From: Eubacteriales bacterium
GTDB lineage: Bacteria; Bacillota; Clostridia; Oscillospirales; CAG-272
Direction of reading: 5' to 3'
NCBI GenBank assembly: GCA_045634385.1
Contig: JAZRAE010000029.1
Coordinates: forward strand, 5,704 to 69,703
DNA: 64,000 nt
Shown: piece after piece, positions 56,770 through 64,000 of the stretch
How the letters are laid out: each line of letters starts with the position of its first letter
How positions within the stretch are numbered: the stretch's first letter is position 1
Made by a program: the position numbers and the translations under genes
Notes under the pieces: model-generated
What the model was told of the DNA's origin: nothing
Seen by the model: only the letters and a program-made list of their open reading frames with translations
Database searches by the model: none

Positions 56770-57279
56770 ATGAAAAGAAACGCAAGAAGGGTTACCTCAT
56801 CAACCCGCTATCTGACACGCGGAGCGCTTATCGCGGCTCTGTACATCGGGCTGACCTACGTATCGACAATTTTTGGGCTTTCGAGCGGAGTTATTCAATT
56901 CCGTATTTCCGAAACTCTGTGTATTCTGCCGATATTTATGCCCGAAGCAATCCCCGGACTGTTCATCGGCTGCATTCTCTCGAATATAGTCAGCGGATGT
57001 GTTATATGGGATATCATATTTGGAAGTTTAGCCACACTCATAGGAGCAGTCGGTGCATATCTACTCCGAACTGTACCTGTGAAATTTAAATGGGTTGCAA
57101 CCTTACCTAACCTCGTATCAAATATGGTCATTGTACCGTTGGTTCTTATGTTTGCATACGGAGTCGAGGGTGGCTTCCTCATGCTTTCCTTATCCGTTGG
57201 AATTGGAGAGATTGTCTGCGGAGTTATAGGCGGAACAATACTATACTACTCAATAAAGGACTTGAGGATATTTAAATAA
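56770..57279 (+). CDS. queT: Queuosine-precursor transporter QueT
   Basis: Membrane protein of about 170 aa with the RISETLCILP motif. ATG at 56770 with GGAG 6 nt upstream; the ORF-track start at 56734 is a TTG inside the leader. Confidence 0.8.
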   Translation: MKRNARRVTSSTRYLTRGALIAALYIGLTYVSTIFGLSSGVIQFRISETLCILPIFMPEAIPGLFIGCILSNIVSGCVIWDIIFGSLATLIGAVGAYLLRTVPVKFKWVATLPNLVSNMVIVPLVLMFAYGVEGGFLMLSLSVGIGEIVCGVIGGTILYYSIKDLRIFK

Positions 57280-57294
57280 GCTAAATTAGATTTT

Positions 57295-57328
57295 GAGCAA
57301 GCTTGCCTTTGCAAGTTTGCTCTTTTTA
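57295..57328 (+). terminator. queT terminator
   Basis: Stem gagcaagcttgc/gcaagtttgctc (one G-U pair) followed by TTTTTA. Confidence 0.75.
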
Positions 57329-57694
57329 TATACAAAATTTAGAGTTATCCTTCTGAAAGTTACAATGGATACTTTCTTACTGCGTAAGTTTTATTTGGTG
57401 GCATAAGTTGAATTTTTGCATGACGAAAGAGTAAAAAAAGATTTTGCATTTGCGTTAGCGCGGTACACAGCCCACCTGTTTGTATAATATATACAAACCG
57501 CCGTCATGTTTTTTGCGATATATTGAAATTTTAGATGCTATTTTATGTAAAATGTTCAAAAAATGTATTGTATATTTTTTGTTTTTGTGTTAAACTACTA
57601 TAGTAATTCTATACAAATTTGTTGTCGGATGAAAAATCTTTAAGATAAATACGTACATTCAAAAAATCGGATAATCCGAAAAGGACGGAATGCT

Positions 57695-59107
57695 ATGTCA
57701 CGAAAATCGAAAGAGACAATTATTCAAGAGAGACTCGAGCAAATATCTCGTTGTCCTGTGGACCTCTTCAAAAAAATCAATCCAAGTGATGAGATATTTA
57801 AAAAAATCGAAGCTGCAGAGCAAGGGGACATCTCGCTCATCAAGGAGCTTTGCGCTCTGACCTATGAGACTTATATGCAGGATTGTGCAATGAACCAAGC
57901 TATGCTGTACTACGCAGAGCTCGGAAAGTCTCATGGTGATCTTGAGTGTACACTTACTCTAATTAGGTGTATAGAGAGATTCAACGAGAGATATGATCTG
58001 TTAGATAGCACGCTTTCCATCATTAACGGTAAAATAAGCGACAGTAATATAGAGAGGCTGATCACACGCACCTCTGTTCAGAGAATACTTGCCGAAGCCC
58101 GTCGCGGAGCAGACTATATCGAGCTTACCGAAAGGCTCTCAACTATGTACGACGAGTATGCAGCCTACGCGAGAATCTATCTTGCAAGCCGCAGACTCGC
58201 AGAAACAGGCAGTTATAATAAATCTAAAATTGATTCTCTCGCTGCAGCTCTTGATATACCAAGTATATTGACGCTCCCGGTATTCACCGGAAATCCGGGA
58301 GTAATACAAAAAATTGATCCCACCGATGTTAAGAAAGAGTGTGAGGCTATAAGCTTTGCGCTGTCTCTCATACATACCGATGAGTGGCAGGACTTTTGGC
58401 TTAAGACAATGTACGAATACTCACAGGTCTACCTTGGTTCAGATCTTTCTGTATTTGCTGTGGATATGCTAAATGCAATTTTAGGAAGATGTGAATATCC
58501 GGAGAAGAAGCTCCACGTTCTCGCAATCAAAAAGTATCTTGTTGATATAGGCAAACTCCAAGCAGATGAATATAAGCCCCTCTTGGAGGAATGTATATTC
58601 GACGGATTTGAGGTTAGTCTTACCAACGATGAGTTGCGTGATACAATGATAAAGGACGCTGTCTACACAGACAGCAAAGAAAAAAGACAAAAACTATGTT
58701 ATGCTATGAAGCTCGGCACAGAGATACTGCACACGAAAAACAGATATCTGATAAGAGCAGAATTAAACAATCATATGAAGCGCGGAACACGTCATATGTG
58801 GGATATCACTCTATCGATAAAAACAAACATCGATGCACAGCCGACTATAAACACCTGCAGAATTGGTGAAAGAAAAAATCAGGTGTGTCGCAACGGTATA
58901 AAACTCGAAAAAGAAAGAAAACTATCGCAGATGTTCTGTATGGGAGAGATCCATCTTGGCGAAAAAGCATATCCGCTCGAGTATGATTTGATCCTCGATA
59001 TTTCATACGTTAGCTCGACGAAATGCGAGTATTGCGAGGTGAAAATCAAGGATTATCACCGCGAGGGTGAACACCTTGTTTTAGACTCTACGATTATAAT
59101 ACACTAA
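57695..59107 (+). CDS. Hypothetical protein (470 aa), no recognisable domain
   Basis: Long ORF with a GGA-rich RBS region (aaaaggacggaatgct ATG). Predicted to be largely helical in the N-terminal two thirds. I could not assign a family. Confidence 0.7.
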   Translation: MSRKSKETIIQERLEQISRCPVDLFKKINPSDEIFKKIEAAEQGDISLIKELCALTYETYMQDCAMNQAMLYYAELGKSHGDLECTLTLIRCIERFNERYDLLDSTLSIINGKISDSNIERLITRTSVQRILAEARRGADYIELTERLSTMYDEYAAYARIYLASRRLAETGSYNKSKIDSLAAALDIPSILTLPVFTGNPGVIQKIDPTDVKKECEAISFALSLIHTDEWQDFWLKTMYEYSQVYLGSDLSVFAVDMLNAILGRCEYPEKKLHVLAIKKYLVDIGKLQADEYKPLLEECIFDGFEVSLTNDELRDTMIKDAVYTDSKEKRQKLCYAMKLGTEILHTKNRYLIRAELNNHMKRGTRHMWDITLSIKTNIDAQPTINTCRIGERKNQVCRNGIKLEKERKLSQMFCMGEIHLGEKAYPLEYDLILDISYVSSTKCEYCEVKIKDYHREGEHLVLDSTIIIH

Positions 59108-59110
59108 TAT

Positions 59111-59162
59111 AAAAACGCTTACACAGAGCAAAGTCAGCTCATATTGTGTAAGCGTTTTTTGT
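59111..59162. terminator. Bidirectional terminator between the 470-aa gene and nfnB
   Basis: 15-nt arms aaaaacgcttacaca / tgtgtaagcgttttt, with an A-run on one side and a T-run on the other. Confidence 0.8.
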
Positions 59163-59221
59163 TTTTATTTAACACTAAAAATGCAATTAATGTTCATTAT
59201 TATAACATAAAAATGACAACT

Positions 59222-60631
59222 TTAGTTATCTAAATACTTATGAATAGATTCCGCAGCGAGCTTGCCCGCGCCCATCGCTGAGATGACCGTTGCAGCGCCT
59301 GTAACGGCATCACCTCCGGCATACACACCCCTGCGGCTGGTTAGAGCATCCTCGGAAATGATTATTCCGCCCCATCTGTTTACCTCAAGTCCCTCTGTAG
59401 TATCCTTAATAAGAGGATTGGGTGATGTGCCTATAGACATGATCACTGTATCAACGTCAATTATATGTTCACTGTTCGCAATTTCAACCGGTCTGCGTCT
59501 GCCTCTCTCATCCGGTTCACCAAGCTCCATACGGATACATTTCATACCCGTAACAAAGCCGTTTTTAGGGTCACGAGGATCGCTCGGATTGTTGTATCCA
59601 AGGATCTCGGTAGGGTTGTTTAGAAGCATAAACTCGATGCCCTCTTCAATAGCGTGCTCGACTTCCTCGTGTCTTGCAGGGAGCTCTTCCATAGAACGGC
59701 GGTAGACTATGTATACCTTTTCAGCACCAAGTCGTAGAGCTGTTCTTGCGGCATCCATGGCAACGTTTCCGCCGCCGACAACTGCAACCTTGCCCCCCTG
59801 CATAATGGGGGTATCGCTTCCCTCTCTGTAAGCTTTCATAAGATTTGAACGGGTGAGGAACTCATTGGCAGAATATACGCCCTTAAGACTCTCTCCCGGA
59901 ATACCCATAAAGTTTGGAAGTCCTGCGCCTGAGCCTATGAATACAGCCTCAAAGCCCATCTCAAAAAGCTCGTCCACCGTAAGTGTCTTTCCTATGATAA
60001 CGTTGGTAAGTATTTCAACACCCATGGACTTAAGACTCTCAACCTCTTTAGCCACTATGGATTTAGGCAGACGGAACTCGGGTATACCGTAGACAAGAAC
60101 ACCGCCCGCTGTGTGGAGTGCTTCAAAGACGGTAACAGAATAACCAAGACGCGCGAGATCACCTGCACAAGTAAGTCCGGAGGGACCGGAGCCTACGATT
60201 GCAACCTTGTGACCGTTGCTCTTTGCTACCTTGGGTGCTTCATCACTATGTGTGTTATGCCAATCGGCAACAAAACGCTCAAGTCTGCCTATACCGACGG
60301 GCTCGCCCTTGATACCTCTGACACACTTTGACTCGCATTGAGTTTCCTGCGGACAAACTCTGCCGCAAACTGCAGGAAGTGATGAACTCTCGCTGATTAT
60401 CTTGTACGCGCCCTCAAAGTCAAGTTCGCGTATCTTATCTATAAATTCGGGTATGTGAATTTTTACAGGACAGCCTGCAACACAGGGCATTGTCTTACAT
60501 CCGAGGCATCTTGCCGCCTCGTCTATTGCCTGCTCTTCTGTATAACCGAGGGCAACCTCGGAGAAAACCTTGCCGCGCTCTATAGGATCAAGAGTAGGCA
60601 TAGGATTCTTTTTGGGTGACATATTAGCCAT
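59222..60631 (-). CDS. nfnB: NADPH-dependent glutamate synthase small-subunit-like oxidoreductase (NfnB type)
   Basis: N-terminal Fe-S motifs (CLGCKTMPCVAGCP, CGRVCP). FAD/NAD Rossmann motifs (VAIVGSGPSGLTCAG, VAVVGGGNVAMD). Pairs with the upstream NfnA-like gene. Confidence 0.8.
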   Translation of the reverse strand: MANMSPKKNPMPTLDPIERGKVFSEVALGYTEEQAIDEAARCLGCKTMPCVAGCPVKIHIPEFIDKIRELDFEGAYKIISESSSLPAVCGRVCPQETQCESKCVRGIKGEPVGIGRLERFVADWHNTHSDEAPKVAKSNGHKVAIVGSGPSGLTCAGDLARLGYSVTVFEALHTAGGVLVYGIPEFRLPKSIVAKEVESLKSMGVEILTNVIIGKTLTVDELFEMGFEAVFIGSGAGLPNFMGIPGESLKGVYSANEFLTRSNLMKAYREGSDTPIMQGGKVAVVGGGNVAMDAARTALRLGAEKVYIVYRRSMEELPARHEEVEHAIEEGIEFMLLNNPTEILGYNNPSDPRDPKNGFVTGMKCIRMELGEPDERGRRRPVEIANSEHIIDVDTVIMSIGTSPNPLIKDTTEGLEVNRWGGIIISEDALTSRRGVYAGGDAVTGAATVISAMGAGKLAAESIHKYLDN

Positions 60632-61487
60632 CGTTCTCTACCCCCTTGTTAAACAAATTACAAGCCGATTCATAAGCATGACGTTCAAAGTCGCGGTACA
60701 TATTTCCGCGAGAGATCGCCTCATCAAAGTCGACCTCGTAGCCGTTAAAATCAGGGCCGTCAACGCAGGCAAATTTGGTTACGCGCTTGCCGTCAACGTT
60801 GAGTGTAAGTCTGCATCCGCCGCACATTCCCGTGCCATCGATCATTATTGGGTTCATAGATACATCGCAAGGAATACCCGTGGGGCGTGTAGCTTCTGTG
60901 ACAAATTTCATCATAATAAGAGGACCGATCGTGATCACCTTGTCAAAGCCTCTTCCATTTTTAAACATCTCGGAAAGAGGAAGACAAACGTTACCCTGCC
61001 TGCCGTAAGAACCGTCGTCCGTCATAACAATAAGCTCGTCGGATGCCGCTCGGAATTCATCCTCAAGAATGACCAGGTCGGAGGATCTGAAGCCGATTAT
61101 CGAGGTCACCGAACAGCCAAGGCTCTTTAACTTTTCTGCTACGGGCAAAGCAATAGCGCAGCCAACACCGCCGCCAACGATGCAGACGTTCTTAAGCCCC
61201 TCGGTATGAGTTGGCACACCAAGAGGTCCTGCAAAGTCGGAGAGTGAGTCGCCCTCGTTCATCTCGGCAAGCTTCTTAGTCGTCGCTCCAACGGTCTGGA
61301 AGATTATTCTGACAGTGCCTGCCTCCCTGTCATAACCTGCAACGGTGAGGGGAATTCTCTCGCCTTCACTGTCTGTGCGGAGAATAATAAACTGCCCCGC
61401 CTCCGCCTTCCTTGCAACCAAGGGAGCCTTTATATCCATAAGAGTCACGTAAGGATTAAGGACTCTTTTCGTTACTATTTCGTACAT
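60624..61487 (-). CDS. nfnA: Sulfide/dihydroorotate dehydrogenase-like FAD/NAD-binding subunit (NfnA type)
   Basis: MYEIVTKRVLNP...GQFIILR FAD-binding barrel, GGGVGCA NAD motif, and a C-terminal 2Fe-2S Cys cluster (CGGC...C). Overlaps the nfnB start by 8 nt. Confidence 0.8.
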   Translation of the reverse strand: MYEIVTKRVLNPYVTLMDIKAPLVARKAEAGQFIILRTDSEGERIPLTVAGYDREAGTVRIIFQTVGATTKKLAEMNEGDSLSDFAGPLGVPTHTEGLKNVCIVGGGVGCAIALPVAEKLKSLGCSVTSIIGFRSSDLVILEDEFRAASDELIVMTDDGSYGRQGNVCLPLSEMFKNGRGFDKVITIGPLIMMKFVTEATRPTGIPCDVSMNPIMIDGTGMCGGCRLTLNVDGKRVTKFACVDGPDFNGYEVDFDEAISRGNMYRDFERHAYESACNLFNKGVENDG

Positions 61488-61518
61488 GATTTCTCCTAAA
61501 ATATTTTTTATTTATATC

Positions 61519-61547
61519 ATTCTATCACACTACTCCGTATTTTTCAA
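61519..61547 (-). promoter_or_regulatory. nfnAB promoter
   Basis: Minus-strand TTGAAA (61547..61542), 17-nt spacer, TAGAAT (61524..61519) preceded by TG. Confidence 0.5.
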
Positions 61548-61580
61548 GATGCAGAATGTTTTTTCTGCAAAATGCAAACA

Positions 61581-61750
61581 GGACGACTTGATTTCTCAAA
61601 TCGCCCTATAAATGAATTGAGCCGTTGGCTCATGAATTGATGCTATGCATCATGAATTGACGGCAGAGCCGTCATGAATTGCCTACGGCATTATGCGTTC
61701 CTCACTCTGTTAAGGAACGCATAGCTTCGCCAATACAGTCAACATGAAGT
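61581..61750 (-). repeat. Inter-cassette module copy A (31-nt box 61720-61750, hairpin array 61611-61719, conserved hairpin 61581-61607)
   Basis: The box catagcttcgccaatacagtcaacatgaagt and the hairpin ggacgacttgatttctcaaatcgccct are shared with copies B and C. Confidence 0.85.
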
Positions 61751-61764
61751 AAAGATATGTCTGT

Positions 61765-62547
61765 TTATTTTCCAAAGCAACAGTTTACAAAATCAATACC
61801 CAGCTGAGTCAACTCAATACGATATTTTCTCATTTTTATTTCGCTGTCGGTACTATTTGTTTTTAACATATAATCATATAACCAATGCGTTTTAAATTGA
61901 TCATAATCATAATTTAGTTCCAAAACATTACCATTTTTTATCATTAATCCTAATCGCCCGAGATTCTCTATTGTTTCGGTTAAAAGCAACTCTTCTTGAT
62001 AGTCAAACTGCTTTGAACCATTTTTGATATCCAATAAAACATAAATACATGGTGTAATAGATTTATCTACATGTTGGGCGTATATTTCGCAACAGGGAAA
62101 TGTTTGGTTGCCTTTAAACAATTCCAAGAACTTAACATCCAATGGTGAAAGTTGCTTTATTATTTCAGGAAATGCCGGATGAACTTTATCAGCATAATCG
62201 ATGTTGCAAGAGGATGCAATAAGTTCGGCAAACATTTCCCTAAACGCTTCTTCTTCAATATAAAATTTACTTGCTTCTATCGCAGGCCCTACTATTCGCA
62301 TTTTAGGTTCTTGCAATTTTTCGTTTGGAATAGTATCAATCTTTTCATACATCTTTTTCTTATAATCAACAAGATATACTTCTCGTTTTATAGCTTGTTT
62401 TTGTCCCCAATATCCAAGCCACCCCATCACACCATCTACAAACAAACCTAAGTTATCACCGATGCTTTTTGAGGTTGGTCTCACAAGGTCTTGAGCAACA
62501 TCTTTACCTACTTCCACCATTGCCGTGGCAACTTTATCTTCAATCAT
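61765..62547 (-). CDS. Abi-alpha (DUF4393)-like protein, 260 aa
   Basis: The segment ..IVGPAIEASKFYIEEEAFREMFAELIASS....KVHPAFPEIIKQLSPLDVKFL.. matches my recollection of the Abi_alpha/DUF4393 core (HPAF.EIIKQLSP.DA). AT-rich gene with its own TGATATAAT promoter. Confidence 0.6.
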   Translation of the reverse strand: MIEDKVATAMVEVGKDVAQDLVRPTSKSIGDNLGLFVDGVMGWLGYWGQKQAIKREVYLVDYKKKMYEKIDTIPNEKLQEPKMRIVGPAIEASKFYIEEEAFREMFAELIASSCNIDYADKVHPAFPEIIKQLSPLDVKFLELFKGNQTFPCCEIYAQHVDKSITPCIYVLLDIKNGSKQFDYQEELLLTETIENLGRLGLMIKNGNVLELNYDYDQFKTHWLYDYMLKTNSTDSEIKMRKYRIELTQLGIDFVNCCFGK

Positions 62548-62587
62548 TTGATTTTCACCTCAAAATGTTTATTTTTTACTATAGTAT

Positions 62588-62616
62588 ATTATATCACACC
62601 AAAGCAAAAAAGTAAA
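62588..62616 (-). promoter_or_regulatory. Promoter of the Abi-alpha-like cassette
   Basis: Minus-strand TTTACT (62616..62611), 17-nt spacer, TGaTATAAT (TATAAT at 62593..62588). Confidence 0.5.
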
Positions 62617-62721
62617 GAGCGATTTGATTTCTCAAACCGCCCTTGGTGTTTTTTTTTAGTTTTTTAGAATTTCTTATCTCGCAGGATGTTCATGGCTTCG
62701 GCAATACAGGCAACATGAAGT
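62616..62721 (-). repeat. Inter-cassette module copy B (hairpin 62616-62643, box region 62667-62721)
   Basis: Direct alignment with copy C over approximately 55 nt (gaa(t/c)ttcttatctcgcaggatgttcat(g/a)gcttcg(g/c)caatacag(g/t)caacatgaagt), plus the hairpin. Confidence 0.9.
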
Positions 62722-62733
62722 ATTATTCAATCG

Positions 62734-63588
62734 TTACAATTCATCCTTACAATATCGCAAGAGCTCCTTAGCTAAGCGACAGAACGATTCGCTTTTCTTA
62801 TGTACTTCTCCATTGGAATCTAAATACTCACTGCAAAATTCCATATAATAACAAAGCTTTATTCTATTGTCAGATATAACACTAATAGGCGAGTCTATCT
62901 TGATAAGTTCTTTTTTTCTCCAAAGATTTCGGTCAATGTAAATACCTTTATCATCATGATAAGAATTGTTCGCAATTTGCTCTAATGACTCAAATGAGAA
63001 GTATATTCCAAGATATTTTGTATTTCGATCAGATAAAAACTTTATGAGTTCTGCAAAATCAACTTGCTTAAAGCATCTTTTACCCAATTCATTCCAATAC
63101 CAAAGATATATTAGCAGTTGTTTCTGAGCCAAAAATTCTATCAATCCAAATAAGCCTTCTTTTTCCCAAAAACCGCTGATTGTGTATGTCTTATACCTAA
63201 TTTTCGGTTGTTCGCAATAAGTAATTGCCTGATCGAATAACTGTGACGAGGGAGAATAATCTATATCAATCTGGGCGAACTTTTTGATTTTTCCACATTC
63301 CGTGCATTGGGAAACAAGCTCAACATATTGAAAATCATCAGACTCTTTTCGTGTCTTATAGTCAAATCTTATCTTAAAGAAATCGTTTTTACAGGAACAT
63401 TTTCGCTTGCTTGGATATTCTTCCTGAATTAAATCATACCAATAATCTTTGCTATCAAGAATAAAATATGATTTGTCAGAACGGGATGTAAGAATACCTA
63501 CATTTTCATCACGTATATATCTAATTTGAAATTCATCTTCTCCAGTAGATGATATGATTTCCTTTGATATTTTTCTTTCATCAAGCAT
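62734..63588 (-). CDS. Hypothetical protein, 284 aa (cassette gene, possible zinc-ribbon CxC...CxxC)
   Basis: AT-rich ORF containing CSCKNDFF...QCTECGK. No family recognised. Confidence 0.7.
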   Translation of the reverse strand: MLDERKISKEIISSTGEDEFQIRYIRDENVGILTSRSDKSYFILDSKDYWYDLIQEEYPSKRKCSCKNDFFKIRFDYKTRKESDDFQYVELVSQCTECGKIKKFAQIDIDYSPSSQLFDQAITYCEQPKIRYKTYTISGFWEKEGLFGLIEFLAQKQLLIYLWYWNELGKRCFKQVDFAELIKFLSDRNTKYLGIYFSFESLEQIANNSYHDDKGIYIDRNLWRKKELIKIDSPISVISDNRIKLCYYMEFCSEYLDSNGEVHKKSESFCRLAKELLRYCKDEL

Positions 63589-63620
63589 GACACAATTCCT
63601 TTCTAATATTCTTTGCTTTT

Positions 63621-63650
63621 ATTATACCACACCGCACATAAAAAAGTCAA
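63621..63650 (-). promoter_or_regulatory. Promoter of the 284-aa cassette gene
   Basis: Minus-strand TTGACT (63650..63645), 18-nt spacer, TGgTATAAT (TATAAT at 63626..63621). The -35 abuts the conserved hairpin. Confidence 0.5.
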
Positions 63651-63750
63651 GGACGGCTTGATTTCTCAAACCGCCCTGTGTTTTTGTATTTTTTAGAACT
63701 TCTTATCTCGCAGGATGTTCATAGCTTCGCCAATACAGTCAACATGAAGT
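63651..63750 (-). repeat. Inter-cassette module copy C (hairpin 63651-63676, box region 63696-63750)
   Basis: Same elements as copies A and B. The box ends 1 nt from the stop codon of the upstream gene. Confidence 0.9.
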
Positions 63751-63751
63751 G

Positions 63752-64000
63752 TTATTTTCTTTTAATGTGCCATTCATCTTTTTTGCTATTGCGTTCTGCA
63801 ATAAATCCACAAGGCAAGGCTGATAGTTTTGAAAGAGTTTTATCCAATTTTAAAATCTCTCCTAAAGAAACAACTCTTGCTTCGCTTGTAGCATGAGATT
63901 TACCACATAAAAATTGCCACATTCCATCATCTGCATCATGAGATACATATAAAATCGGCATATTATCTTCAAGAATATGACAGCATGTAATAACAGCAGT
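63752..64000 (-). CDS. DUF2185-like protein, C-terminal part (ORF open to the right window edge)
   Basis: No stop codon upstream of the first Met within the window (..TAVITCCHILEDNMPILYVSHDADDGMWQFLCG..). The DDGMWQFLCG motif resembles the DSGW.F..G core I associate with DUF2185 (immunity-type) proteins. Confidence 0.5.
   Translation of the reverse strand, partial: TAVITCCHILEDNMPILYVSHDADDGMWQFLCGKSHATSEARVVSLGEILKLDKTLSKLSALPCGFIAERNSKKDEWHIKRK

Noticed and set aside
61581-63750. Inter-cassette modules considered as integron attC sites.
   Set aside because: No RYYYAAC/GTTRRRY core pair and no extended imperfect palindrome of the attC type could be found. The candidate GTTGACT/GTTGCCT does not fit GTTRRRY. 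No intI-like gene is in the window. The cassette-like logic is kept as a finding, but not the integron label.

Overview
This is a 64-kb chromosomal segment of a low-GC Gram-positive anaerobe. It looks Clostridia-like (NfnAB, MecA, lipobox lipoproteins, TTGACA/TATAAT promoters, BspA-type LRR surface protein), but that taxonomic call is inference. Layout: (1) 0.6-17 kb, minus strand: two tandem paralogous giant Cys/His-rich lipoproteins, followed by an operon of polytopic membrane protein, MoxR AAA+ ATPase, DUF58, two BatA-N-terminal/VWA proteins and a lipoprotein. (2) 17.1-27.3 kb: a TetR regulator divergent from a 10-gene aromatic amino-acid supraoperon covering all seven shikimate steps plus CM/PDT, prephenate dehydrogenase and an aminotransferase. 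(3) 27.5-34.2 kb: an extracytoplasmic thiol-redox neighbourhood. It holds a 1197-aa lipoprotein with a TlpA-like CSNC domain and a small prealbumin-fold lipoprotein. Convergent with these are a membrane protein ending in a CxxC tail and a NapH-like polyferredoxin fused to a second TlpA-like (WCPGC) domain. (4) 34.7-51.1 kb: one long plus-strand operon. A 2754-aa subtilisin(S8)/PA/Big_2/LRR surface protein is followed by an Opp/Dpp-type ABC importer whose parts all carry unusual extensions, and whose OppC-like permease has an in-frame TGA. (5) 51.3-61.5 kb: housekeeping genes (queG-like, plsY, methyltransferase, tsaE, tsaB, rpiB, mecA, queT with a possible preQ1-type leader, an orphan 470-aa protein, nfnAB). 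(6) 61.5-64 kb: visibly AT-rich single-gene cassettes (Abi-alpha-like, unknown, DUF2185-like) separated by a conserved box + hairpin + promoter module. The best candidates for something undescribed are the cassette array at the right edge, the polyferredoxin-thioredoxin redox cluster, the protease-coupled Opp operon, and the MoxR/VWA operon tied to a family of PPC-like lipoproteins. There are also three intergenic arrays of short hairpins with constant linkers and variable, covarying stems. No rRNA, tRNA, CRISPR, transposase or integrase was seen.
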